Assembly: GCA_963422615.1 (NCBI GenBank)
Contig: OY730414.1
Coordinates: 558,001 to 622,000 of the forward strand
Direction: 5' to 3'
Origin: Longimicrobiales bacterium
GTDB taxonomy: Bacteria > Gemmatimonadota > Gemmatimonadetes > Longimicrobiales > Gaopeijiaceae
DNA: 64,000 nucleotides
The translations under genes were made by a program, and so were the position numbers. The notes under the pieces are model-generated. The model saw only the letters and a list, made by a program, of their open reading frames with translations. It was not told the origin of the DNA and did not search any database. Positions 35,939 through 48,596 of this stretch are shown piece by piece; the first letter of the stretch is position 1; each line of letters begins with the position of its first letter.

Positions 35939-37351
35939 ATGATCCCCGAAGTGTCGGAAAAGACCGAACCCCGGCACCGCCGGCCGTACGGTGATGTTCT
36001 GGATCTGGTGGGCTGGACGCCCTTGATTCGGCTGAACCGGGTCGTTGACAGGATCCGCACGCCAGTATACGGCAAGGCGGAGTTCATGAATCCGGGCGGG
36101 TCGGTGAAAGACCGGATCGGACTCGCGATGATCGAAGCCGCCGAGGCGAGGGGACTTCTGCAGGCTGGCGGCACGATCGTGGAGGGGACCAGCGGCAACA
36201 CCGGGCTGGCCCTGGCCATGGCGGCGTCGTCCCGGGGGTACAAGTGTGTCTTCACGATGCCGGACAAGATGAGCGTGGAGAAGGTGAAGCTGCTTCGGGC
36301 CTTCGGCGCCGAGGTCGTCATCACGCCCACAGCGGTGGAACCGGATCACCCGGACCACTACGTGAACCGGGCCAGGGAGATCGCCGAGGCAACCCCGGGC
36401 GGATTTCTGGCCGACCAGTTCTACAACCGGGCCAATCCCGAAGCGCACTACAGGACGACGGGGCCCGAGGTGTGGGAACAGACCGGCGGCGCCGTCACCC
36501 ACTTTTTCGCCGGCGCGGGCACCGGGGGGACGATTTCCGGCGTTGGAAGGTACTTGAAGAAGAAGAACCCGGATGTCCAAGTGATTGGGGTGGACCCCGT
36601 GGGCTCGGTCATCTCGGACTTCCACGCCAGCGGCAGGGTGGGCCGGAGCGCGCCCTACAAGGTCGAAGGGTTGGGGAACGACAAGATCCCGGGGACCCTG
36701 GACCTGGAGTACGTGGACGAGTACGTGACCGTGACTGACGGAGAAGCCTTTAGGATGTCCCGCCGCTTGGTCAGCGAAGAAGGTCTGTTCGTTGGGGGTT
36801 CCAGCGGCCTCATCGTCCACGCCGCTTTGGAGTGGGCCCGGCGCCTGGATGACCCGGACGCGTGTGTGGTTGCCATCTTGTGCGACTGGGGAGAACGGTA
36901 CCTGACCAAACAGTACGATGACGAGTGGATGCTGAACAACGGCTTCCTGGAGCGAAGCCGAACGACGCTTGCCGAAATGGCGGCCTCAAAGCTCGAGCGT
37001 CTTCCCGGTCTTCTCACGGCCGGGCCGGACATGTCGGTTCGGATGGCCATCTCGACCCTGTCGTCCCACAACGTGTCCCAGCTCCCGGTTATGGTGGCGG
37101 GAGAGTGCGTCGGCAGCGTCACCGAGCGGGAGCTCATGACCCGGGTCCTGGCCGATCGAGGCGTTCTGGGGGGCTCGGTTGAGTCCGTGATGGAGGCACC
37201 CTATCCCGTTCTGGAAGAGCGAGCCGACTCCAAGGCCGCCACCCGGCTTCTGACCGGCGGCGCCCAGGCGGTCCTCATCCGTTCGGGCGGGGCCATTAAC
37301 GGCATCCTGACCCGGCACGACCTGGTCCGGTTGCTGGCGGCTTCTCCGTGA
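35939..37351 (+). CDS. Cystathionine beta-synthase (PLP domain plus CBS pair)
   Basis: NPGGSVKDRIG, EGTSGNTG, GAGTGGT, EEGLFVGGSSG and C-terminal CBS domains. Confidence 0.92.
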   Translation: MIPEVSEKTEPRHRRPYGDVLDLVGWTPLIRLNRVVDRIRTPVYGKAEFMNPGGSVKDRIGLAMIEAAEARGLLQAGGTIVEGTSGNTGLALAMAASSRGYKCVFTMPDKMSVEKVKLLRAFGAEVVITPTAVEPDHPDHYVNRAREIAEATPGGFLADQFYNRANPEAHYRTTGPEVWEQTGGAVTHFFAGAGTGGTISGVGRYLKKKNPDVQVIGVDPVGSVISDFHASGRVGRSAPYKVEGLGNDKIPGTLDLEYVDEYVTVTDGEAFRMSRRLVSEEGLFVGGSSGLIVHAALEWARRLDDPDACVVAILCDWGERYLTKQYDDEWMLNNGFLERSRTTLAEMAASKLERLPGLLTAGPDMSVRMAISTLSSHNVSQLPVMVAGECVGSVTERELMTRVLADRGVLGGSVESVMEAPYPVLEERADSKAATRLLTGGAQAVLIRSGGAINGILTRHDLVRLLAASP

Positions 37352-37385
37352 GGGGAGCGCGGGCTGGGCAACGGGTCTCGTTGTC

Positions 37386-38450
37386 TTGAGTAGGGTGTCC
37401 CCGTCCCGCCCTCTCCGAGTCGCGGTCTTGATGGGAGGGAATTCGGAAGAACGGGATGTTTCCCTGGCCAGTGGCTGCCAAGTGGCCGCAGCCCTGCGCT
37501 CTGCCGGGCATCACGTGACGAGCATCGATTCTGCAGCGGGTCCGATCTCGGCCGGGGTTGAGCGAAGGATCCTCGCTTCGCGGATTGGCCGTTCGGGGAT
37601 CCCTCTCCCGCAGACCGTTCCCGTCCGCCCCGGGGCGCTTCCCGAAGGGCGAGTCGTTCTCTTCGACCCGGCCCTTGCGGAAGCGGACGTTGTCTTCGTG
37701 GCGCTTCACGGCGGTCCAGGAGAGGACGGGACCCTCCAGACGCTTTTGGGCGCAGCCGGCCTTCCCTATGCCGGTAGCGGCCCGGTTGCCTGCGCCCTGG
37801 CCATGGACAAGGATCTGACCAAGCGGCTGTTGCGGGATGCAGGGATCGCGACCCCGGAATGGATCACGGGCAAAGCCCCGGGCGCCCGGGTCGCCGACCG
37901 ACTGCGGCTTCCCGTAATCGTGAAGCCCGTTGCGGGGGGATCGTCGGTGCGGTTGACCCTGGCTCGGTCCGCCGAGGAAGCGGACGCCGCGGCGGCGGAA
38001 GCAGCCGGGGGCGGAGACAGAGTCATGTACGAGGCCTATGTGGAAGGGCGGGAGTTTACGGTCGGCGTATTGGACACCGAGGCCCTCCCGGTCGTCGAAA
38101 TCGAGCCTTCCCGAGAGCTCTTCGACTTTGACTGCAAGTACGAGGACGGCATGACCCGGGAGACGGCGCCCGCGCCCATTTCGCAACAACTGACCGCCGA
38201 GCTGCAGTCGGTGGCCCTGGACGTACACCGGCTGTTGCGCCTAGAGCATTTTTCCCGAATCGACTTCATGTTGGACGGAGCCGGCAAGGTCTGGTGCCTG
38301 GAGGCCAACGCCCTGCCCGGCCTGACCCGGAACAGCCTCTTGCCGAAGGCGGCGCGTGCCGCCGGAATCGAGTTTCCCGAACTTTGCGAGAGGATCTGCC
38401 GATTGGGGCAAAGGAGAGGGGTATTGGCGAATAGGTCGTGTGCTGTGTAG
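37386..38450 (+). CDS. ddl: D-alanine--D-alanine ligase
   Basis: GGNSEERDVSLASG, ALHGGPGEDG, MDKDLTK, GGSS, FDFDCKY, RIDF and EANALPG. Confidence 0.95.
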   Translation: MSRVSPSRPLRVAVLMGGNSEERDVSLASGCQVAAALRSAGHHVTSIDSAAGPISAGVERRILASRIGRSGIPLPQTVPVRPGALPEGRVVLFDPALAEADVVFVALHGGPGEDGTLQTLLGAAGLPYAGSGPVACALAMDKDLTKRLLRDAGIATPEWITGKAPGARVADRLRLPVIVKPVAGGSSVRLTLARSAEEADAAAAEAAGGGDRVMYEAYVEGREFTVGVLDTEALPVVEIEPSRELFDFDCKYEDGMTRETAPAPISQQLTAELQSVALDVHRLLRLEHFSRIDFMLDGAGKVWCLEANALPGLTRNSLLPKAARAAGIEFPELCERICRLGQRRGVLANRSCAV

Positions 38451-38662
38451 CCCCGCTTGACGACCGGCGTCACCGCGGCGGTACGGGTCTTGGGGGTTGC
38501 GGGGCCAGGACCTGAATGCTCGACCCATTGCACAAATTGATGGTATGTTTCCTTTGGCCCGTCGTGAAGGTTGAAGCGCGGGGGAACCGGGGATAGAGTC
38601 GTCGTCGGCGACCGCGTCTTGGGAGGAAACGAGGGCGCCAGCTTTGGCATGAAGGAGCTGTC

Positions 38663-39568
38663 GTGAGGCACGTAACCCGCCCGCCCGCTTTGGGTGCGGG
38701 CCCATTTCGCTTCCAGGCCACCCCGTGGGTCAAGCGGCTGCTGATGGCGAACGCGGCCGTCTTCCTGATCACGGTTCTGGTGGGCTACGGTCCGGCTTTC
38801 GACCTGTTGGCCTTCTCTCCCGGTCGCATTCTGACGAGGCCGTGGGGCGTGCTGACGTACATGTTCGTGCACGCCGGCCTCTGGCATCTCCTCATGAACC
38901 TCCTGGTCCTCTTCTTCTTCGGACCGCCCTTGGAATCCAGGTGGGGTTCCGACTTCTTCATCAGGTTCTACCTGATCTGCGGCTTGGGGGGCGTTCTTCT
39001 CAGCTTTCTCTTCGCCGACGCCACCATCGTCGGGGCGTCCGCGGCCTGTTACGGCGTCATGCTGGCTTTTGCGATGATTTGGCCCAACGCCCCGATCCAC
39101 ATCTGGGGGATTGTGCCCGTCAAGGCCAAGTGGCTGGTCGGGTTTCTGGCGGCCCTGAGTTTTGTGAGCGCCATCGGGCCGACCCGGGATGGGGTGGCCC
39201 ACTTGGCCCATTTGGGTGGGGTGATCACGGGCTTCCTCTTCATGAAGAGCGGCTGGATGCCCGATCATGGAGGGAATGAGGGATACGGGGACCGTCGCGG
39301 CACCTCGGGCCGGGGAAGCGCCGGTGCCGGAAGGTGGGTCCGATTCGGGAAGGGAAGGAAATTGCGAAGGGGCGGGTTCTCCGTGTCGTCCCGGGTCGCG
39401 GAGGCCGTGGAGCGGCGAAAGGCTCAGCAGCGGGCTACCCGGGAGCGGGTCGAGCTGGATGCGGTCGACGCGATTTTGGACAAAATCTCGGCCCGGGGAG
39501 TAGCTTCCCTCACCGCCGAGGAACGAGAACTGTTGGACCGGGTCTCCCGGAAGACGCAGACGAACTGA
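38663..39568 (+). CDS. Rhomboid intramembrane serine protease with a soluble C-terminal tail
   Basis: HLLMN, catalytic GASA, AHLAHLGG; C-terminal VDAILDKISARG..SLT..ER motif. Confidence 0.92.
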   Translation: MRHVTRPPALGAGPFRFQATPWVKRLLMANAAVFLITVLVGYGPAFDLLAFSPGRILTRPWGVLTYMFVHAGLWHLLMNLLVLFFFGPPLESRWGSDFFIRFYLICGLGGVLLSFLFADATIVGASAACYGVMLAFAMIWPNAPIHIWGIVPVKAKWLVGFLAALSFVSAIGPTRDGVAHLAHLGGVITGFLFMKSGWMPDHGGNEGYGDRRGTSGRGSAGAGRWVRFGKGRKLRRGGFSVSSRVAEAVERRKAQQRATRERVELDAVDAILDKISARGVASLTAEERELLDRVSRKTQTN

Positions 39569-39675
39569 CCGGGGCAAGGGGGTGGTCCGTCTTGCCCCGT
39601 CCGTTCAGCGGTTGCCGGTTCCGGCGGGTTTTCCGTCGGACCAACGAAACGGAAGGAAGCACCTGAGGAGGTGGC

Positions 39676-41769
39676 ATGGCTGCGGCCAGATCATTCAAGA
39701 CGGAACAGATTCGCAACGTGGTCGTGCTGGGACACGGAGGATCGGGGAAGACGACGTTGATCGACGCCGTCTGCTTTGCGTCGGGGACCTCAAAGAGGAG
39801 GGGCCGGGTCGGGGACGGGAACGCGTTGACGATGACGACACCCGAAGAGACGGATCACGGGATGTCCATGCAGCTCACGGTTGCCCACGCCATCTGGGAG
39901 GGAGCGAAGATCAATCTTCTGGACACGCCGGGCTACATGGACTTCGCGGGCGAAGCCGCCGCTGCCGCGCGGGTTTCCGACGCGGCGATCGTCACCGTGG
40001 CGGCCACCCAGGGTGTGGAAGTCGGCACGGAAATGGTCTGGAAGCTGTGCGAGGACCGGGCCCTTCCCCGGGCCGTCTTCGTTTCCATGATGGACAAGCT
40101 GCACGCGGATTTCGACAAAGCACTCCAGGCGGTAAAGACGACCCTGGCTCCCGGTGCCATTCCCGTTGAAATCCCGGTCGGGGCCGGAGGGGATTTCAGA
40201 GGAACCGTGGACTTGTTCACCGGAAAGGCCCACATCTACAAACCGGATACCGAGACCGGCGAATATGAAGAAGCCCCCGTCCCGGAGGTCGTGGCCGAGG
40301 AAGTTGAGCGGTGGGCGACGGAGCTCATGGAAACCCTGGCCACTACCGACGAGGAGCTCTTGGAGCGCTATCTGGAAGGCGAAGAGATCACTCCGGACGA
40401 AATGGTGGCGGCCATGGCCGGAGCGGTGGCCCGGTGTGAGGTCGTTCCCGTGTTCTGCGGCGCGACGGAGCAATCCTTCGGGGCTCAGGCTCTCCTCCAG
40501 AAAACGGTTGAGCTCTTTCCCCCCCCGAGCGGATCCGGTGCCGTCCAGGCGGTGGGCGAATCCGACGAAAGGGTCCGCCTTCGGGCTCAAGACGACGAGG
40601 TGGTGAGCGCCCTTGTCTTCAAGACGAGTGCTGAACCCCATGTAGGGGAGCTGTCGCTCTTCCGGGTGTATTCCGGGATGATTGCCAATGGCACCGAGCT
40701 TCGGAATACGACCCGGAGCGCGACGGAACGCTTCAACCACTTGGCGATTCCCATGGCGAAGGAGAGGTTCGAGGTTGAAGCCCTGCACGCGGGGGACATC
40801 GGGGTTGTGGCCAAGCTCAAATCGACCCGAACCAACGACACGCTGGCGGCGCCTGGGAGCCCGGTGAAGCTGGAAGGCGTGATGTTCCCGCAGCCGGATA
40901 TTTCGGTGGCGGTGCGGGGCTTGGCCCGCTCCGACGAGGACAAGCTGGGAGAGGCCCTGAGCAAACTGCACGACGAAGATCCGACCTTCGTCTCCGAATA
41001 CAAACCGGAACTGCGCCAAACGATCGCCCGGGGGCTGGGGGAGCTCCATCTGGAGGTGCAGTTCGAGCGGATGAAGCGCAAGTATGGGGTCTCCGTCGAA
41101 ACCGAGCGGCCCCGGATTGCTTACCGGGAGACCATCACCGCGTCCGCCGAAGGTCAGGGCCGCTTCAAGAAACAGACGGGGGGCCGGGGTCAGTTCGGGG
41201 ACTGTTGGATCCGGCTTCGCCCCCGGGGCCGGGGTGAGGAGTACGAATTCATCAACTCCATCAAGGGCGGTGTGATTCCCTCCAAGTATGTTCCCTCCGT
41301 GAACCGAGGCATTCAGGAGGCTGCCCAGAAGGGCGTCCTTGCCGGATACCCGATGGTTGACTTCGAAGCGGAGTGTTACGACGGGTCCTACCATTCCGTG
41401 GATTCGTCCGACATCGCCTTCAAAGTGGCCGGGTCCTACGCCTTCCGGAATGTGGCGGAAAAAGCCAGGCCGGCGCTTCTGGAGCCCGTGATCGAAGTGG
41501 AAGTAACGGCGCCCGACGAGTACGTGGGCGACATCATGGGCGACCTGAACAGCCGCTCGGCGAGGGTCCTGGGGATGGAGCCGGCAGCGGGGAGGACGAC
41601 GGTGAGGGCACAGGCCGCGGAAGCCGAGCTGTACAAATACGCGTCAGCGCTTCGCTCCATCACTCAGGGACGAGGCCACCACACCCGAAAGCTCCTGGGC
41701 TATGACGTGGTGCCGGCCGTTCGGATGGAGAAGATCATCGCGGAAGCCCGGGCGGGAGACCGGGACTGA
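39676..41769 (+). CDS. fusA: Elongation factor G paralog (EF-G2 type)
   Basis: GHGGSGKTT, DTPGY.DF, GLGELHLE, KKQTGGRGQFG and DGSYHSVDSS; located outside the str operon. Confidence 0.93.
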   Translation: MAAARSFKTEQIRNVVVLGHGGSGKTTLIDAVCFASGTSKRRGRVGDGNALTMTTPEETDHGMSMQLTVAHAIWEGAKINLLDTPGYMDFAGEAAAAARVSDAAIVTVAATQGVEVGTEMVWKLCEDRALPRAVFVSMMDKLHADFDKALQAVKTTLAPGAIPVEIPVGAGGDFRGTVDLFTGKAHIYKPDTETGEYEEAPVPEVVAEEVERWATELMETLATTDEELLERYLEGEEITPDEMVAAMAGAVARCEVVPVFCGATEQSFGAQALLQKTVELFPPPSGSGAVQAVGESDERVRLRAQDDEVVSALVFKTSAEPHVGELSLFRVYSGMIANGTELRNTTRSATERFNHLAIPMAKERFEVEALHAGDIGVVAKLKSTRTNDTLAAPGSPVKLEGVMFPQPDISVAVRGLARSDEDKLGEALSKLHDEDPTFVSEYKPELRQTIARGLGELHLEVQFERMKRKYGVSVETERPRIAYRETITASAEGQGRFKKQTGGRGQFGDCWIRLRPRGRGEEYEFINSIKGGVIPSKYVPSVNRGIQEAAQKGVLAGYPMVDFEAECYDGSYHSVDSSDIAFKVAGSYAFRNVAEKARPALLEPVIEVEVTAPDEYVGDIMGDLNSRSARVLGMEPAAGRTTVRAQAAEAELYKYASALRSITQGRGHHTRKLLGYDVVPAVRMEKIIAEARAGDRD

Positions 41770-41797
41770 CCCGTCGGCCAGGGGCGGGGCTGGACGC

Positions 41798-43222
41798 CTA
41801 GCGCGTGTACAACAGAAGCACGCCGTTGGATCCTCGCCCTCCGTAAAGAAGGCCAGCCTCTATGGGCGTGATGATCTGGAAGCGCCGGATGTCTTGGGGG
41901 TTCAGCTGCAACAAGAAAAGGGCTGGATCGGGTACGGGGCCGTCGTTGATCCGGACTTCGACCATGTTGCAGGTATTGGCCCCGCCTGCGCTCCGGCTCC
42001 GCTGCATCTCGATGCAGACGCCCATCTGCAGGTTCCCGAAGGCGTCGGGCATCCATCTCTCGGTGATCGACAGCCCAGGCATGCGCGCCGCCCGGGCCAA
42101 CGACGCAAAGTCGAGCACCCGGGGCGCGATGGAATCCACTTGTGCCTCGGTCAGCCCGGAGAATCGGGTTCCGGTCGTCGTAAAAACGTCTCTCTCCCGT
42201 CTCCGGCCCGTTACGACGATGGGGTCCAGGACGATGGCCTCGGTGGAGAGGGCGATTTCCAGTCCCAGTGCCTCGTTGCTGAAGACCGTCAGGGAATCGA
42301 TCCGCGAAGCGTAACCCAGCTGGTTCGTTTCGATGATCTGCTTGCCGGGGGGAACGCCTACGAAGCCGAAATTTCCGGCCGAATCCGTAAATTCGGAGAA
42401 GAGGGTCCCCGCAAGGGCAACCCGGGCGCCCTCCACCGGACCCTTGGTCGCGTAGTCGGTTACGGTGCCCGTGATGGTGACCGGTTCCGAGATCGAGATC
42501 GTAAGGTCCAGGATTCGAGGCCCCGAACCCTCGATCTCGACGGGAATGCCCTCGTTCGCCCCGAACGAAGTCTGAATCATGATATCGTCCGCCGAGTCCA
42601 GCTTGCAGATCCTGAACTCCCCCGAATTTTCCGCGTGGGTTTCCTCAACCACGCGCCTCCGTTGGAGCACGCCGACCCTCGCCCCCAGGGCTCGCACACT
42701 CGCCCCCGGAAGCGGAACGCCGGTGAGGGCGTCGGTAACGGTCCCGCCGACGGAAGTGTCGCCTGCGCCGGACTCACCGGAGCACCATGCCACCAAGATG
42801 GTCTCGCGGGACGGCACGGTCAGGTATACCTCGGAGATGGATCGCCCGGTAACGACGATCCGCTGATGGGTGCCGCTCACCCCCAGGTGTCCCAACCTGG
42901 GGTGAAAGAACGACACCATGTGTTCGCCTGCGGGTACCTGGTCAAGACGGAATTGCCCCTCCTCGTCGGATTCGGTCATCGCCGAGGTCCCCATGATCGC
43001 GACCGTGGCATTCGCCAACGGCGCACTGGAGGTGCTGTCGTAGACCAACCCGATGATGGTACCTGTCGGGCGCTCCTCCTGCCCCCGGATCGGGTCGGCT
43101 CCCGCAGCCAGGAGTAGGAGGGTGAGAAACGCGGAGAGGATCCGGGTGCCGGTTTCAAGGGAGCAGGCTCCCAGGGGGACACGGAGGCGCTCGGGGGTGC
43201 GGGCCGAATGTCTCATCGTCAT
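41798..43222 (-). CDS. Exported protein with carboxypeptidase-regulatory-like repeats and a TonB-dependent-receptor plug-like C-terminus
   Basis: Signal peptide; three G.V.D...P..GA.V repeats; LDPIVVTG; C-terminal AGLLYGGRGSNGVLLLYTR; no beta-barrel. Confidence 0.75.
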   Translation of the reverse strand: MTMRHSARTPERLRVPLGACSLETGTRILSAFLTLLLLAAGADPIRGQEERPTGTIIGLVYDSTSSAPLANATVAIMGTSAMTESDEEGQFRLDQVPAGEHMVSFFHPRLGHLGVSGTHQRIVVTGRSISEVYLTVPSRETILVAWCSGESGAGDTSVGGTVTDALTGVPLPGASVRALGARVGVLQRRRVVEETHAENSGEFRICKLDSADDIMIQTSFGANEGIPVEIEGSGPRILDLTISISEPVTITGTVTDYATKGPVEGARVALAGTLFSEFTDSAGNFGFVGVPPGKQIIETNQLGYASRIDSLTVFSNEALGLEIALSTEAIVLDPIVVTGRRRERDVFTTTGTRFSGLTEAQVDSIAPRVLDFASLARAARMPGLSITERWMPDAFGNLQMGVCIEMQRSRSAGGANTCNMVEVRINDGPVPDPALFLLQLNPQDIRRFQIITPIEAGLLYGGRGSNGVLLLYTR

Positions 43223-43370
43223 GCCGGTCGAGTCGATGTTGGGTCGCGTTTGAGCCGGAACGGTCCATAAAGTTACAAATACCAACCCGGTTGTGTATCC
43301 TATCGTTCCGCTCCGGAGCTGGGCCAGAGGTGTATATTCCGGAGGGTATGGTACCTGACGGAGGTGAGCT

Positions 43371-44117
43371 GTGGCGGGACACAGCAAGTGGTCGCAGATC
43401 AAGCGTAAGAAAGCGGTCAACGACCACAAGCGCGGGCAGATGTTCACCAAGCTCATTCGGGAGCTGACCGTCGCGGCCCGGGAAGGAGGAGGCGACCCGA
43501 ACTTCAACCCGCGTCTTCGGTTGGCGGTGGACTCGGCCAAGAGTGCCAACATGCCCCAGGAGAACATCGAGCGGGCCGTCAAGCGGGGGACGGGGGAGCT
43601 GGAGGGCGTCACCTACGAAGAGGTGGTGTACGAAGGGTACGGACCCGGGGGTGTGGCGCTGTACATCGAGACCCTGACGGACAACCAGAAACGCACCGTG
43701 GCGGGGGTTCGCCACATCCTGGACAAGCACGGTGGCAACTTGGGAACCGCGGGCTCGGTGGCGTGGCAGTTCGACCGCAAGGGCCTCATCTACATTGACG
43801 GAAGCGAACTGGCGGAGGACACAGTCTTCGACGTGGCAGCGGAAGCGGGTGCCGAAGACGTGGCCGGCGAAAACGGGGAGTACGTCGTAACGACGAGCGC
43901 GACGGATTTACACGGCGTGCGACGAGCCCTGGGGGCCGAGAGTATGACCATCGTGTCGGCCCGGTTGGCCATGGTCGCCAGAACCGAGGTGGGCGTGGTG
44001 GGGGGGGAAGGCGAACGGCTTCTCAAGCTGCTGAACGCCCTTGACGACCATGAAGATGTTCAGCACGTCCACTCCAACGCCAGCCTGGACGAGGACATCC
44101 TCGCACGGGCACTGTGA
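43371..44117 (+). CDS. yebC: YebC/PmpR family protein
   Basis: AGHSKWSQIKRKK, NPRLR and YEGYGPGG. Confidence 0.97.
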   Translation: MAGHSKWSQIKRKKAVNDHKRGQMFTKLIRELTVAAREGGGDPNFNPRLRLAVDSAKSANMPQENIERAVKRGTGELEGVTYEEVVYEGYGPGGVALYIETLTDNQKRTVAGVRHILDKHGGNLGTAGSVAWQFDRKGLIYIDGSELAEDTVFDVAAEAGAEDVAGENGEYVVTTSATDLHGVRRALGAESMTIVSARLAMVARTEVGVVGGEGERLLKLLNALDDHEDVQHVHSNASLDEDILARAL

Positions 44118-44638
44118 ACCGGTGCCCCCGAGGACACGTGCTTCTCGGAATCGACCCGGGTACCGCAGTGACGGGCTTCGGCGTGGTTTGCATGGATCGT
44201 CGCCGCCGGGCGGAGCTGATGCAGTGTGGGGTGATCCGCACATCGCCCCGGGTTTCGCTGGCGGTTCGCCTTCGGGAGCTACATGAAGCTGTGGCGGCCC
44301 TGGTAGGGGAGTTTTCCCCGGCTGCCGTGTCCGTCGAAAAGGTCTTCCAGGGCAAGAATGTGCGCAGTGCGCTCACGTTGGGACACGCCCGTGGGGTGAT
44401 CATTCTGGCTGCGGCACTGGGCGGTGTGGAGGTCGTGGAGTACACGCCTCGGGAGATCAAGCAGGCCGTTACAGGAACGGGGGCGGCGACGAAGGATCAA
44501 GTCGCGTACATGGTGCAGCGCCATTTGGACCTCCGTTCCGCGCCGACGCCTAGCGACGCTGCAGATGGGTTGGCGGCTGCCCTCTGCCACGGGCTCGCGG
44601 GTGCCCTGCCCGGTCTGCCCGAGCCCCGATTGGCGTGA
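44114..44638 (+). CDS. ruvC: Holliday junction resolvase RuvC
   Basis: LGIDPG, VEKVF, LGHARG, GTGAATKDQV and DAADGLA. Confidence 0.96.
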   Translation: MNRCPRGHVLLGIDPGTAVTGFGVVCMDRRRRAELMQCGVIRTSPRVSLAVRLRELHEAVAALVGEFSPAAVSVEKVFQGKNVRSALTLGHARGVIILAAALGGVEVVEYTPREIKQAVTGTGAATKDQVAYMVQRHLDLRSAPTPSDAADGLAAALCHGLAGALPGLPEPRLA

Positions 44639-45234
44639 TCAGCCGAATCCGGGGCAAGATCCTCGACCGCAACCCGGAATGGGTCGAAGTGCTCACGGAT
44701 GGTGGCCTGGTGTATGAAGTCCATGTGCCCCTCACCGTCTTCCAGCGCCTGCCGGAGAAGGGGGAGTTCGTGGAGCTCCGAACGGTCCTGATCCCCAAAG
44801 ACGATGTCCAGAACCTCTACGGCTTTTTGAACGCACACGAACGCACCCTCTTCGGCAGGCTGCTGACGGTGCAAAAGGTGGGCGCGCGGGTGGCGCTGGC
44901 CATGATGAGCACCTACTCCGCCAGCAGGCTGGCGCAGGCCCTGGCGGAGAAGGATGTACAAGCCCTGACGCAGATCAGCGGCGTTGGGAAGAAGACGGCG
45001 GAGCGCGCCGTCCTGGAGCTGGGGGACAAGGTCCACGACCTGGTTGCGGCGATCGACCCGGGGGGTCCGGAGACGTCCATGGTCCGAGATGCAGTCGCCG
45101 CCCTCGTCCGCCTGGGATACGCTTACGAGGATGCCCTTGTGTCCGTACGGGAGCTGGCCGGTCGGGACGCGCCCCGTAACACAGAAGCGTTGATACGGCG
45201 GGTCTTGGAGCGGCGGACTGCAAGGCCCGAATGA
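44635..45234 (+). CDS. ruvA: Holliday junction branch migration protein RuvA
   Basis: [27 protein letters not shown] and ALVRLGY. Confidence 0.96.
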   Translation: MISRIRGKILDRNPEWVEVLTDGGLVYEVHVPLTVFQRLPEKGEFVELRTVLIPKDDVQNLYGFLNAHERTLFGRLLTVQKVGARVALAMMSTYSASRLAQALAEKDVQALTQISGVGKKTAERAVLELGDKVHDLVAAIDPGGPETSMVRDAVAALVRLGYAYEDALVSVRELAGRDAPRNTEALIRRVLERRTARPE

Positions 45235-46300
45235 GAAACCCCATGGCCAGACGCACGGAAATCACGACGCCCGAAGAACTCCCCGAAGAGCTAGGCCCGG
45301 ATCGCTCTCTCCGGCCCCGCCGCCTCGCGGAGTTCATCGGTCAGAGCAAAATCAAGGAATCCCTGGGGATCGCCATTGCCGCGGCCCGGTTGCGGAACGA
45401 GTCCCTGGACCACGTCCTCTTTCACGGCCCACCCGGACTGGGGAAGACCACCCTGGCTTCTCTGCTGGCCCGAGAGATGGGCGTCAACATCAAAACCACC
45501 TCCGGGCCGGTCCTGGAGAAGGCGGCGGACCTCGTGGGGGCGCTCACCAACCTGCGGGAAGGGGATATCCTCTTCATTGACGAAATCCATAGGTTGCGTC
45601 CCGTCATTGAGGAGTTCCTGTATCCGGCCATGGAGGACTTCCGGGTTGAGATCCGCCTTTCCGAGGGTCCGAGAGCCCAGACCATGACCATGAAGGTGGA
45701 GCCCTTCACCCTGGTGGGCGCAACGACCCGCTTTGGCCTCCTCACGGCGCCCATGCGCGCCCGCTTCGGGATCATTGAGCGGCTCGACTTCTACCCCCAC
45801 CCGGACTTGGCGTACATTATCGAACGGAGCGCGACCATTCTGGACGTCAAAACGACTCCGGAAGGCGCCATGGAGCTGGCCGTGCGGGCCAGGGGAACGC
45901 CTCGGGTGGCCAACCGGCTTCTCCGTCGGGTGCGAGACTTTGCCCAGGTTCGAGCCGAAGGGGTGCTGGAGGTCGAGGTCGTCCGGGACGCCCTTCAGCT
46001 CCTGGATGTGGACAAATACGGACTGGACGGAATGGACGCGCGGATCCTGGAGGTCATCGTCAAGAAGTTCGATGGCGGGCCCGTGGGTCTGCATTCCCTG
46101 GCCGTCGCCCTGGGAGAAGACGCGGGCACCATCGAGGAGGTATACGAGCCCTTCTTGATCCAGGAGGGGTACATCATGCGCGGTCCCAGAGGTCGCGTCG
46201 CCACCGCCAAGGCCTACGGGCGATTCGGGTACGAGGCGCCGGACCGGAGCGGGAACGAAAACGGCGACGGCGACGGCGAATCCCAGTCGAATCTGTTCAC

Positions 46301-46304
<4 letters not shown>
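45231..46304 (+). CDS. ruvB: Holliday junction branch migration ATPase RuvB
   Basis: [36 protein letters not shown] and YEPFL. Confidence 0.97.
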
Positions 46305-48585
<2,281 letters not shown>

Positions 48586-48596
48586 GGACGCAAACC

